DNA of 64,000 nucleotides from NCBI GenBank assembly GCA_040954595.2, contig CM082597.2, forward strand, positions 8,452,343-8,516,342. The letters run 5' to 3'. The translations under genes were made by a program, and so were the position numbers. Under the pieces are notes generated by a model, which ran no database searches, had not been told where the DNA came from, and was given only the letters and a program-made list of their open reading frames with translations. Shown here in pieces: positions 1 to 13,335 of this stretch; within the stretch, counting starts at the first letter, position 1; the number at the start of each line of letters is the position of its first letter. The stretch is from Balanoglossus misakiensis. Its lineage: Eukaryota; Animalia; Hemichordata.

Positions 1-320
1 TGTATTGACGTGTCATTTTAATTTATTCATATTTTTCTTTATTTCAATGCTATACTGTTATACACTTCAATTATAAATTCATTTAAGAAATTTATAATTG
101 CGTTGTCAGGAACCCCTTTCCCTTTATTGCACACAGTGTACATAAGATCACAATGGCGAATGTTTTTTTTTTGGGGGGGGAGTCATCATATGCTTGGGCC
201 TGTCAAAGAGGGGGGTCATCATTTTTGGTCCTGTGTGAGGGGGGGGGGGGGGTTGGCCTGATTTTGAAAACCGATGACACAACCTTGCCGCCCCCAGCAG
301 AAAAAAACCTGAACAGTTCC
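1..320. mobile_element. 3' part of an older related Harbinger-like element (a paralogous fragment is at about 31020-31220)
   Basis: Matches the right end of 36310-36632 (gattttgaaaaccgatgacaca...ctgaacagttcc tta). Confidence 0.65.
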
Positions 321-1056
321 TTAACTCTCATTTGATTCGTGGATATACACAATGCACAATAAGTGTACGTTTTAATGGCAACCAGAATAAACCAGAGCAA
401 TACAAGTCAAACGCATATAAAAACTCTTTCAATTACAGAAAACTAGAACTCCACCAATTAATGACAAGTACAATTACGGGTTATTACAATGGCAAGTTAC
501 AGTACTGGTTATTACTAATAAAACAGAAATATTGATCCATGTATACACGTAATTTGATTCTGGGAGAAGGCACAATACATACAAAGTGTACAGTAAGTGT
601 ACCATCAATTAATGACAAGTACAATTACAACGGCAAGTGACAATACTGGTTATTACAAAACAGAAATATTGATCCATGTATACATGTATATATCCAATCC
701 TGGCAGATTACAAAGAAATGTATAAATATCGTACTATATGAACAAAATCGATCATAGGCGCACGCAATACAAATTAATTTTAACGACACATCTAACTCTC
801 ATCAAAACGCTGCTCTTTCAGACTAGTTTGTTGGCACCTCTAGCTAAACGTACATCTATGCCTTTCACATTTAATGCATTGTCAACAAAACTCGATTTCC
901 AAAAAAGCTAAATGAACACTTCTTGCTTCATAAAGTCTAAAAACAGATAACATTTTGGATGGTAAACATTTGTTTAGAACTCGTCCAAAAGGTTATTTTA
1001 TAATTTCTGTAGACCAAACGGAGGCCCCTGTGCTAAACGTGGAATCGTCCATCGGA

Positions 1057-4000
1057 TTAAACAACTCCCATCATTGCACTGAAAACAGTCAGGTGATTAC
1101 ACAGACAAAGGGTAGAATTGAAGTCGGATTTTGGTGACACCTGCAAGATATCAAGCATTATAAAAACGTGATGACAAAGCATTGGGCGTTTCTTTGCAAG
1201 TGAAACAAGATCAAACACCTGGTTCACATCCCAGCGTTAATTTAAAAAAGGAAAAGCGCCCTTACGTGAATCAGTACATTTTTTACGTTTACGGTATTTT
1301 CCATGTGTCAGTATTAATTGTAAGATGCAGTACCTTGTTCTGCATTTTAAGTTTTTGTTGCATATTTATCCACAGTACCCACTGAAATCACACTGATTGC
1401 CACTTGTCTTAAATTTCATCAATCGCAAGTACATGGAGCATTTCAACTTTTGCAAAATTTAGAAGAAATTAATTTGTATACCTTACAACCATCATTTTGC
1501 CAGTTAGTCTCATCAAAGTAGCTACATCTGTGTTGAGTAGTGAGAACAGTGATGTCAACCCCATGGGCTGTAGGGAAAAAATATACACAGAACTTCGGTT
1601 ACATCAACATATTCCATATAAAACCAACTGGAGTATCTGTAAGGTAGTGTGCACCCAGAAAATGAAATTCATAAACTTTTGTATTATATTGCTAAAGGCA
1701 AAAGAAATACAAAACGCATACCAAGTGTTTTGTGTACACCTTTGTATGGAGGTCGATTAAACGGCTTGAGCGCCCGTTTAATATATCACTTGATCAAATT
1801 GCAACATACAGTCACAATTGGGCATCGACAAGAAGTAAATGTATTACAATCAGTAAGCATATTTAGATGGACCGTTCTAAGCTCGATAGTAAAATTAGAA
1901 AATTGGGAACGCTATATTCAAACCGCAAGATCGTAGTATAGCTTTCTACATATGCATGTTCGTTTTTGAAATTAAAAAGAATCATACACAGCAAAAAAGA
2001 AGAGAAAACACAACTATGTGTTTCAATCAACGATCATTGTGCAATAGTTGTATTAAATATGTAAATACCACAATCTTACCACTAGTAAGGTCAAAGAATA
2101 TGTAATACAAGCCCGTCCTGGTGATCTTTGCTTCTGGTAGAAATATGGATGCTGTACACCCTTCAAATACCAAGTCAGTTACATAATGGAAATCACTGTA
2201 GCCACCGACGGCGTCAAGTCTTTCCAGTGACATGTATGCTGTAGTAGTCTCGAAGACATGCACTGATGCTTCCATGGTGATTTGAAATGCAGAGTAGGCC
2301 GATAGCGCCTGCAACGAAAATAATGATAAATCGACGCATGATAAACTTCACATAATGAAATATGTGAGGTAACAGATAACACTATGTTTGAAATAACAAC
2401 AATACCATTAATACTCATGTTTGAGTTTTGCCCCGTTGATCAAATGGTTATGTTAAAGACTAGATCAGAAAACATGTAATGATCAGTGAATTTCATATAG
2501 TATGTGAAGATTACCGTTACTGTCAATGCATAGTTAGTGACTCCTTCACTTTCCACGTATACTCCTCTGACGATGCTTTCATTTATAGGTGTCTGATAAT
2601 TACCAAGCCATACACCGAGATCCTCTGATGCATTTTTCACTGAAAATAAAAATGTTATGTTATAACTCAAAGTAATTTCCAAAGTAAATTCACAAATTGG
2701 TCATTAATCTACTTACGCCCTCCAAGATGAAATTATGAGCGAGTATTTGTATACAAGTATGTTGCTGGGTTTCTAGGTAAAGTTATTTTAAAGAAGGAAT
2801 TCGCCTTTTCCAGTTTAAATGGTGCTTCGTTACGACAATGGTGACACAGGACATGCTCCTTGCCCAAATCAATAACCCCTTAAGACAAGGCGTTCCAGAG
2901 AGGCAACTTCTTTCCACCGAAGATTTCAAGTATTTTTGTGAGTTCCATACGAATGTTAGGATGCCACTTTTGGCCTTAATGAAAACAAACCTTTAATCTC
3001 ATTACCATCTTCATCTCTGAATTCTAAGGTCAGTATATCGGTAGTAAAGCCATATGTCTCATTTGCCAATCTGTGGGGATTTACACCCAAACGGAAAATC
3101 TAAAGGCAAAACATTACTTTTATTATTCTTGAGCATAATGACACAAGAAGACAGCAACAGGTATTGTACATAAAACCAAATATAATCTTTTAAATATAGT
3201 ACGGGCTTATTTTTTTTAAAAATGCAACGGATGCATTGACTGAACACAAATATCAGCCTATAGTTCATTCCATTAAAGGGACAAAGTCTCTCTCTCGCTG
3301 CCGTTTTTTTCCATTAATTATATTTGATACAAGACACCGTTTCTTATTCTACATGTGGATATATAGTGAATGAACGTTCAACCACACACAACTTCCATCC
3401 CCCTTATAGACAGGAGAGTGAATAAAATCGCCAAAAAAATAATCGTTCTTTACCATTTATTCATTTTGGGCGAGTTTTTACTCTCATATCATACAAGTGG
3501 GATGGAAGTTTTGTGTGGTTGATCATTGATTCACTATATATCCACGTGTACATTAATAAACAGTGTCTTGTATCAAACATAATTAATGGAAAAAAGGGCA
3601 GCGAGAGAGAGACTTCGTCCCTTTAATGATAGCAAGATCACTGGGACGTCACATTATATTTTAATAGTATACAAATATCAATATACAAGTATAGAGCAGT
3701 GTATGATGGAAAATGAAAGTCATATTTTTCTTCTGATTATAGACGTTGTATACGGACCATTCTGTTCAAGACTGTGTCCCACGACAATTGTGGAAACATA
3801 CTGTCTGCTGGTGGAATATTGAATCCACTTCCATCTCCAATCATTACATTGGTGTCGCACAAGTCCTGCACAAAGTTCTTTTCCAGATGCAGCACAAGAG
3901 AAGAAGTGTTCACGATGATTGGTCCATGTCCACAAATAGCCTCGTTCAGTATAAACATTGATAACTGGTCGAATACTTTCGTTATTATCTTTGTCAGGTT

Positions 4001-7000
4001 ATTTGCCTGCCCAGGATTCAGCTTCTCGCTCGGATTGGCGTCAAATAGGGACTGCATTCTGTCTATCACATTTTGCATAACATTCAGTGTTTCTGAAATA
4101 TATAATTGTTGACATTTAAAACTTTCTCAGTCTATCGTTATGCATCGGCTCTTGCTTCATACGCCGGTTGAGAATAAGTCTGTCTTATTTCTCGTATCCA
4201 TCAGCTTTTAGAATTGTCCAATGCTCAGTTTTTCTGAAAATGACATATTTGACGGTCACCAATTATCTGCATGATTTATTGAAACAAACGAAGTATAGTT
4301 GAAACATATCGATACGCTTAAGGATTGTATGGGTTCTACATTTCTGCGTATGATACACTATCGTATTTACATCATTGGATGATATTTAATGTGGACGGTG
4401 TTGAAATGTCTACTGTGACGTCACAGATTCATTGTGGTTTTAAATTAAAATGATCACAATACCTTTTGCCAATATAATTCTTCCTTCAAATATGACTCTT
4501 TTATTTGAAAGGTCAGAGGTTAAAATGTCCACCTTGTCAATTATACTAATACCCTGGCAAAAGAAAATACAGCTTTTTAACTATGTGGCCTCTGTTGTCA
4601 CAAAATAGTCATATCCCATAAAGACATTTAAAGTACGTTTAAGTGGATGTCGCTAACTTGTGGCTTTTTTACACTACAGTGCATTACATCAGTCTCAAAT
4701 GATTGACACTTTTCTTACAACATCAGCTGTTCGTAATTCATCGTCACTTATCTTGACCAACCTCTCCCGCATCAGAAGTAAGTCATCATCTGAATGTTGC
4801 AAATGTAAAAGACAGATGATGTGAGAGGTGCCAAAATATTATGTTTTGTATTTACAAAATTAAGAAGGCATTGGCGACTTTAAAATAGTACATGAATATA
4901 TAACATTTTCAGGGGACATCTTTACTCCGTTGTCAACAAACTTTCATGTCAAGACAGTAATAAATAATTTCAATGTCATGCATTCCTTTATCTGTGTATA
5001 CTAATGAAATCGGTAAAAATAATCTCATACAAAAGTCATCGCGAGATCGAACGCTCGAATTATGCAAATATTGTCCATGAAACATTTGAACGGAATTTTC
5101 ATGTCTACACTGAAGTTAAGGCGCTGCAATAGTTTCAGTCATTGTTCCTTCTCTTCCTATACACTGCGGGACCATCTTTTGGCCGCCTTGTGGCAGAACA
5201 ATTCAACTTTTGTTTCAATTATCCATTTACTGAAAGCAGCAAGAGATGGTCCATTACACATATAGTCAGGTGGAGATTTGATAAATTGTGACCCCCTCTG
5301 GCATTTTTTGGTACAAGCAAACCAAATATGTTTTTTGGTCAATTCGACTACGCTGATTTCGAAAATGCCTGTTCCCAAAAGATCTTTTTGAGATAAGAGC
5401 CTCGTTTTGGCAAATCAAATATGGCCGCCAAGGATCGCAATTCTCACATGAATAGCATCAAAGAAATGTTCACTTACCTCCTTAAACAATGAAACTAAAC
5501 TACATGTTTACATCAACAACTTTTTTTGGTTGTATAAACACAAAATAGCAACAATTAAACAATAATTATGCAAGCATTTGCATATTGTATGAATAATTCG
5601 TTGATTTTTGGCTACCAAATAATAATAAAGCTAGGTGTAACAGTACATGTACTGAAAACTCACAAGCATTGGAAAAAAATACCTTTTCTTTATTTTAACA
5701 CCTTGTTCAAAACAATACTTCAAGTGTGAAGTTCATTTTGAGATAAGAGCCTCGATGTGGCAATTCAATATGGCCGTCTAAAGCCCTGTAGTGGAGCGGC
5801 CAAACCCTAATTTTCATAGCGATTGTGCATTTTGTGATAAAAGCACCAAACTTGGCTCAGATGTGTTTTAATGTGTACTAAACAAATTCAGATAGGGAGC
5901 CACTAAATATCTGTTGATGAGTTTCCATGGCAACCAATTTTTCAAAATGGCCACCAATACAGATAATTTCACCCACCAAATAACATCTGTAAACACCAAG
6001 ATAAATTTAGATTACTATATTTGATACAAGGAACTATGGAAAGAATAATTTGCAAAGATATTATGGTTACTAAACTACTTATAGGGGTAAGTAAGTTATC
6101 AAAACACAATTTAAAGGCACAACTTTTAATCCCTTTCGGATTAATAGGTGCTCCTCTAGAAGTTAAACCATACTGTCTATGGTCAAACATTAGGCTAATT
6201 GCGATATTTAACTTGCAGTACGTAAATTACACATATGAATCACAACAGTTTACCACATTAGCTAATGATAATCATATAAACAGATCACCGATATATTCGA
6301 ATTGCACACGGATGTGGGCTTGGCTTACTCGTGACTGGTAAAATTTCCTTATCAACTTGATAGGAGAGTCCACTGCCCGAAATAGACGTTGATCCAAACT
6401 GAGTCCGCGGTCGTCACGTTTATTGGTCGACAGACATAGGGCCTCAAACGCAATGCAATCTAAATGGACCCCGGGTAACGAACCACGCGGGTTGTTTCGA
6501 CCACAATCGCCACCGCAGCGTTGACAACGATTTTTCGGGGCGTTGATGTTTGTCAAAATGCCATAGGAAATTAAAGAAACTTAAGTCAAATTGCTGAAAC
6601 GTTAATAATCGACCATATGTCTTGATACTTTAGATCATGTATCAGTTCCACTCCAGCAATTTTGGCGACTGTTTTGACCAAAAGATAAATGGTGTCTATG
6701 ATTCCAAACTCATAAAAATTACACCGGAGGACACAACATTATTTTATTTGTCGAGAATAGTGTCCATCATGCCATAAATATTGTCAAAAATGTGTGTTAA
6801 TTATAGAAACCCAACTAAATATACAAGCAGTTGGCCTTTAGATTGGTAAATGGAAAAACAGGTCTTATTGCAATTTTCTGGGATTAGGTGGCCCAATGCT
6901 CCCAACAAGTCACTTGGAATGTACTTCCATTCTAATATCTCAATGTGTAAAGATCTGACTTTGCAAGAGATATTACAGAAAACTTAATTTCATTTAATAG

Positions 7001-10000
7001 CATGAAGTAAGCGAAATCTTACTCTTTACAGAAAAGCTGTGATCCTGAAGACTTTTGGTGTTTTGAAGCTTATTTTCACTTTATCATTTTATTCTTTGAT
7101 TTTGGGGGTTCAAAAATACACAAAATAACATGTCAAAATAGAACTGCTGACTATCATCAAGGTGCGATTAAAATTATCGATAACATGAGCAATACAAAGC
7201 ACTTCAAGCGACTTCATCAAAACGCTTTCCGAAGGACAAGTATTGGATGAAAAGTTTGAAACAGATTTTGATTTTGATTCCTAACATCTATCTATGTACA
7301 TGCACCCTAGACATAGTTTGTTTCTATAGTAACTTTAACAAACCAATCGACTGTCATGATACTGGCTTTCTGCCTCCATTTTATGGGGAAGTGATTCATT
7401 ATTTGCATGAATCATTTGATGAAGATAAAATAGAAAAGCTGTATTCTGCACTGATTCAAACTGGTCAGATCAATTTATAAGGTTGAGAAACAAGATGCCG
7501 TTTTTTCCTGGGTTGACTAAATTTGGAATTTTGTTAATCAAAGATATTTTTTATGGGGAAAATACCGAATCAACTGAGCTTTACTTGTTAAACTTTTATC
7601 ACAAAATGCCCAAATGTTACGAAAATTTTGTTTATGCCAGGCCACTATTATAATATATATATATGGTTATACAGTGTTTTAACTAAGTTTGTTGTAACCG
7701 GGGTTATTACCAAACTTGAATTTCTTTAGCGACAGAATCTCGATCCTGTATTTACCCCTATAACTAGTTTAGTGATGATATATATTTTGAAAATTACTCT
7801 TTGAGCAGTTTCTTGTTTCAAATATTGTAATATGAATTTATTGTGGTGTTTTATAATTCTTATTTTGTGGGTGAGATTATCTGTTTTGGCGGCCATTTTG
7901 AAAAAATGAAAAAAATGGTTGCCATGGAAACTCATCAACAGATATTGTGGCTCGCTATCTGAATTTGTTTAGTACACATTAACGCACATCTGAGCCAAGT
8001 ACGACACCCAAGTGGATTAAACATACATGTATATATGTTGCCTCACTGACACAATCTTCACTTTTCACACAGTATCATATATAAAAACGTAATAAAAATA
8101 CACATTACTCTTTACTTATGAAGAGAAATTGTTGTTAGAGACCGGGTTTCAAAAAAAAACACCGAGGACGTCGGGCCATCAGTGTGCATTCAACGTCTTA
8201 TAACTAAGCATGAATATACAGTGCTGTGTCACGATTGAGTTTTAACGATCATAGATCTTGTTTATGATTATGTAAGAAGTCATTCACTTGTATGGTTTTA
8301 GTCCAGTATTGACATAGGTACTTGACCCAGAGTAAACAAGATTGTGTAATTGATACATGTCAGAAGGAGATAGAGATATCACGCGCTAAGTTCATGTTTA
8401 AGAATTATTAAGATGACGTGTTCCTTTTATGACTTAATACTTGACTAACGTATTAATAAGGTGTGGTGAAATGTGGGATCACACGTTTATAACGGGAGAT
8501 CCGTGATGGGAGTCAACGAGCATGGATCGAGTCGTGTAATTCTTACGTGTGACCAGTACGTGTGTTACTCGGAAAACTTGTTGTAAGTCTCTGTCTACGA
8601 AAGGTTTACGATCTGCCGGGTACCTCTCTCGGACTTTATGAATATGTTGGGTGGAGAAGGAGATGGAGAGAAGTTACGCCGTCAACCTTCGGACGTGGCT
8701 GATTCCCCGCAGAAGCGTCCGAAGGAGGTGAACGTCCGAAGGACGGCGGGCGGGCGTAATAACACAATGGTGTTAGAATCCGGGTAGGCAGAGATGTTGC
8801 AACTGATTCCTGAACCGAGAAAGAAGAGAAAAAGCTGGCGAAACTGACGATTCAATGGTCTGCTTCAGAAGGAAACGAGAACAGAAAAAAGTTCTGGTTT
8901 ATTACTGGTCACACGTAAGAATTACACGACTCGATCCATGCTCGTTGACTCCCATCACGGATCTCCCGTTATAAACGTGTGATCTCAAATTTCACCACAC
9001 CTTATTAATACGTTAGTCAAGTATTAAGTCATAAAAGGAACACGTCATCTTAATATTTCTTAAACATGAACTTAGCGCGTGATATCTCTATCTCCTTCTG
9101 ACATGTATCAATTACACAATCTTGTTTACTCTGGGTCAAGTACCTATGTCAATACTGGACTAAAACCATACAAGTGAATGACTTCTTACTTAATCATAAA
9201 CAAGATCTATGATCGTTAAAACTCAATCGTGACACTTCCCACTTTTCCAATAATCGAACTTCCACGTTCGATCAAAGAAAGAATGAAAACGAAAACCAGG
9301 TCTGCGCTATCGGTTTGATATCACGCGCTAAGTTTATGTTTAAGAAATATTAAGATGACGTGTTCCTTTTATGACTTAATACTTGACTAACGTATTAATA
9401 AGGTGTGGTGAAATTTGGGATCACACGTTTATAACGGGAGATCCGTGATGGGAGTCAACGAGCATGGATCGAGTCGTGTAATTCTTACGTGTGACCAGTA
9501 ATAAACCAGAACTTTGTGTTACTCGGAAAACTTGTTGCAAGTGGCATAATGTGAGTGTGGCCATACGATGCTTTCGCTATTAATGAACAACTTGTACGTT
9601 AACAAATGCCAGTTTTGTTGGCAAAAAGTATGTTTTTGGCTTTTCACAACATTGAACATACATTCATAGTTCAATAACTTGTGAATTGTGGACCTAAACG
9701 TTCATACGTTCAATGTTCTGGTGTTTTTTAACGGAGCGATCGGTCACGATGTTACCAACGAGCATGTACAGTCTAAACTAAATCGTCGTTGTGTATGTTT
9801 ATTTGTTTGTTTTTGTTGTTTTTTACATACAAATATGAAAAGTTTCATTTCAGTTATTCATTAAAATGCAAACATTTGCCAAAAAAACATGTGAATAGAC
9901 ACCTCACAGGCCATAGTTGTATCATTAGCTTTCAGTTGTCAATTTTAGCATGACATCATGACAAATTAAGCTAATTTTGCATATTTTCCATGCTGCACCT

Positions 10001-13000
10001 TGTCTGACAAGGTAAATTTGCCATTTTCGACATGAAAACGTGAAAAGAATTTTTGGGAACAGGCAAATTCGAAATCAGCGTATTCGAAATATCCAAAAAC
10101 AACTTGTTCCCAGCTTGTACCAAAAAATGCCTGACATGCTTTTAAAATGCTCATTTTCTGAAATTTCCACCTGACTAATACGGGCATTTCCAATGTGACT
10201 CCCTTCCAACGCGGATAAATGTAATTACCATGTGTATGCATTTGTCGATTTTCCATGTATCATGGCATATTTTGAATGTATACACACCACAGAACTACAC
10301 AGGTTGTCAACTATGCAGGAAAGGCTGATGTCCCAACTACTTACTGTTATCCTCGCAAATAACCCTTTGAAGTTCTCTGCAGTTTTTAGTGTGCCAACTG
10401 AATAATCTCTCAGTGTCACATCTGTATAAGAAAGTATTTTTAAGACTTGTACAATGATTACTGTACAGAGTCAATAGTGATCTCTATAGAATGCGGGTTG
10501 GTCATAATGCCACATTTTGCGTTATTTGAATAAAATCATTAACCATGAAGCATACCCTGGCTTAGTTTTCCAAAAATCGTTCAATATAAAAACTCAATCT
10601 TGACATGGGCAGGGTTCCGATTACTTTCTTACATCCACTGTCTTTCATGTTGTAGGGAACATGTTGGAATTGTAATGCAATCAGCGTTAGCTGTAAAGTA
10701 TCATTCTCAAATTGTGCTTTGCAATTCAGACGACATGGCAGATTAAGTTGACAATATACCAGAAATAGTGCAAAATACTGTCATTTTAACAGAGTGCAAC
10801 CTTTAGGATAAGAAACACGTGTTCTAACAAGCATACACACATTTAACTGCCATCATTTCTCCAATGTAATCTCCCAAATTCCCACGCTTATGACAACTAG
10901 TCAAAATTATTAAAGAAATGGAAAAACATGAATACGGTTCTAGCAACGCGGAAATCAGCGTGAACAAAGAGTGACTCACTCTGCGTAAATGCACAATCCG
11001 ACTTCAATAGCCTGGTTGGTCGAAAAAGGCGGTTGTTCCAATAGTAAACCACTGGCTGTCTTGACATTGCCATCCGCTGTGATGATAGCATCAATCCATA
11101 CCTCCTCCACCAATGGAACGCCGTAACAGTACTGGCCATAAGCCCATACGGTTGTGTCGGTTAGAAGACGTAATCCATACTTTTCACATACTTGGTATGC
11201 ATCCATCGCGGTCACCCCGAAACTCGTAGTTACGTCGAAAGAAGCTGCAACTGAGATTAACGTAATTTATTTCCCTTAAAATCCCCTAGAGCTGCCACTT
11301 TTTGCATTATTTTCATGATTTTATTTTCCAACTTAAATTGATCCATCTAAATAAGCCTACTGATAGGTATACATGAACACCTTATCGATGCCCGATTGTG
11401 ACTGCATGTTGCAATTTTGAACACGCCATGTATTAAACAGGTGCCGCACCGATTTAATTAGCCTCCATACAAATAGTACGCAGCTATCCTGGTATGCGTC
11501 GCCAAGAGATGACAAAATGATGCAATTGCAGGTAATACGGCATAATGGTGAGGATTTTAGAGGATAGGGAATATATTTGAAGTATTTTACTGCGGAAATA
11601 ATGTGAAATTTGGCAGCTATAGGGGCTTTCAAATAAATGTCTATAATGATTTGTTGTCTCTCAGTAAGCGTTTATTTGTCGTCTGTATTTAACAAAAACG
11701 GCAAAAAACACCGATAAGTATCTACATATATTTCGTAAATAAACCAAAAACAAGTTGTATTAATTTAAGAAGGTGATTGTTTCATATACATAAAGAGGCA
11801 AATGTTATGAAAATACATAAATTAAAAACGTGTCTTTCCACTTGAACAAACAAAGATAGGTCGATCAGTCATAAGGAAAAGTATGAACTAAGTGTCAAAG
11901 AATTAATTGAACTAGAACTTACTCGCATCTTCACACAGAGCCACCGTTTGAAGGCCGAAGGTGCCGTTCGTGCCACATCTAATATTTTTCCATGCGCCAT
12001 TCCTGGGAATTGAAACGTAAAGTAATTATATGTTTTCTCCACTCATTAACGCCAGTCAACCATCAAACAACAATGGAGAATTCAATCCATGCACATAATC
12101 TTAAATTGACAGAAACATGAGATAAATTTGTTAGATTGTTGTACCACATTTTGCAGAGCAATCTGGCCATACCTCACAGTGCCGATTGAAATTTTCCATA
12201 AAAAGGAGCCATGTGTACTCAATTACAAAAGACATGAAATTGTGATCCGAAGATATTGTCCATTGTAACATCTGCATGTCTTTAAATTGTCAATAAACTC
12301 TGTCCCGACTGATTTTCCATTCTGAGCTTCTGCGCATGATACAGAATGATTGCTTCAAGTTTAGCTGTATTATAATGAGCACAAAAACACACATTTTTTT
12401 CATATTATAATATTATAATAGTTTCAAAACGCTCAACTCACCACAGTGAGAGACACTCTCCATCATACTCTGGAGAAATTGTATCCCAGTTCTTGTGAGT
12501 CAAAATGTCCCCGTTTCTTGTGACTGCGCGTTCGTTGTCAATCACACGAGCATCTATCCAGTATATAACGGCTGAACTTTGTCGTTCTTCTAAAATGTTT
12601 ACTATAGCTGCATGTTTTTCTTCGCTGTCATCTTTAACAAGGCGAAGACCTAATCGCTCACAAAAAATGTAGGCAGAAGAGTGATCCATCGGCCTGAAAA
12701 CGTGGTAGGTGACGCAACCTGGAAATAAAATCGTTATTCTTATGACAGTCAGTTTAAACAATCACAAAATAATAAGATTCATGCGCTCCTGTTTTCAGGC
12801 CTAGGTAAGAAATATCAGCAAATCGGCGAATCTACACAGTCCAGATGGAAAGAAAGGCTGTCAAGCAGCGAAATCGAGATAATTTAGCTGCGCAAGGGGT
12901 TTGTCAAGCAGCAACACCTAGATAGTCTAGCCGCAATTGCCGGTTTTTTCCCGAAATTCCGTGGGATTTCAAAATGGCGATCAGGAGTACAAACACTCGC

Positions 13001-13335
13001 TAACTGTCAGTTTTTCCTGATATTATGTGTTTAAAAGCAAAATTTCGGAATAAACAGTAGCGCGTTCTGGGACTAGTGCATTTAAAAATAGTTGTGCCAA
13101 ACGATTTTGTTAAACTCTCAATACTTTTGAAAAAGATAGAAAAAAAAAAACCTCGGAGCACGGACACGTCTCTAGCTGATATTTCTTACCTAGGCCTGGT
13201 TTTGAGGAATTAAAATGTCTTACCTGCTTGCTGCAGTAATGTCACCGACAGAATGACGAATGTAGCGATGAGCGTTAACTTTAAGGGTATTTCACGACAA
13301 TCTCGCATCATTTTACAGCTTCTCAGGCAAGTCAT
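1057..13335 (-). CDS. Copy A: 13-exon gene, 646 aa; signal peptide/anchor + 2 C-type lectin-like domains + PKD1L-type GAIN/GPS domain, no transmembrane module
   Basis: Coding exons (minus): 13335-13224, 12718-12442, 12002-11923, 11244-10980, 10421-10345, 4789-4719, 4553-4463, 4092-3758, 3099-2991, 2639-2515, 2308-2080, 1567-1482, 1140-1057. All introns are GT-AG with matching phases; total 1941 nt with no internal stop seen. Starts MTCLRSCKMMRDCREIPLKLTLIATFVILSVTLLQQAG. CTLD motifs AYIFCERLGLRLV..WIDA..C..W..C..LCED and AYQVCEKYGLRLL..WIDA..C..W..C..ICED. GAIN motifs NPHRL..TDILTLEFRDEDGNEIKVKN. GPS CSYFDETNWQNDGCKVSPKSDFNSTLCLCNHL|TVFSAMMGVV*. Confidence 0.85.
3277..3622. mobile_element. 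Foldback MITE with AGGG...CCCT ends and TTAA TSD (Kolobok-like) in intron 8 of copy A
   Basis: Nearly fully palindromic; TTAA at 3273-3276 and 3623-3626; absent at the paralogous site in copy C (about 34225-34240). Confidence 0.8.
5850..8000. mobile_element. Nested element with about 110-bp inverted arms inside the Academ-like insertion
   Basis: acttggctcagatgtg...tttccatggcaacc...aaaatggcc (5850-5955) is reverse-complemented at 7888-8000; true ends not resolved. Confidence 0.55.
8227..9540. repeat. 332-bp near-perfect inverted repeat (8227-8558 / 8903-9234) plus a third partial copy (about 9316-9540); LTR-like
   Basis: Arms start TGTCACG. On the minus strand a purine tract GGAAAAGTGGGAAG (9248-9235) directly precedes TGTCACG, AATAAA lies at about 8898-8903, and ACA at about 8578. 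Confidence 0.7.
12796..13198. mobile_element. TIR MITE (CAGGCCTAGGTAAGAAA...), 5-bp TSD GTTTT, intron 1 of copy A; right arm mostly deleted
   Basis: Terminal inverted repeats; GTTTT on both sides; empty site gcttctgttttgagg in copy C (about 40295-40309). Confidence 0.8.

Larger units (their letters stand above)
5263..10177. mobile_element. 4.9-kb non-autonomous TIR transposon (TAGTCAGGTGGA...TCCACCTGACTA, 3-bp TSD ATA; Academ-like) in intron 5 of copy A
   Basis: Imperfect TIRs of about 130 bp; ATA on both sides; empty site cacatacaggcatttcc in copy C (about 37412-37428). No transposase ORF seen. Confidence 0.75.

Noticed and set aside
1182-1385. Plus-strand ORF with a hydrophobic C-terminus (also 31890-32156) as the missing TM segment
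   Set aside because: Wrong strand and inside intron 12; its conservation reflects the duplication only.
4093-4234. Apparent stops upstream of ORF 3737-4078 suggesting copy A is a pseudogene
   Set aside because: They lie in intron 7; the acceptor tttcag at 4093-4098 is conserved in copy C and keeps phase.
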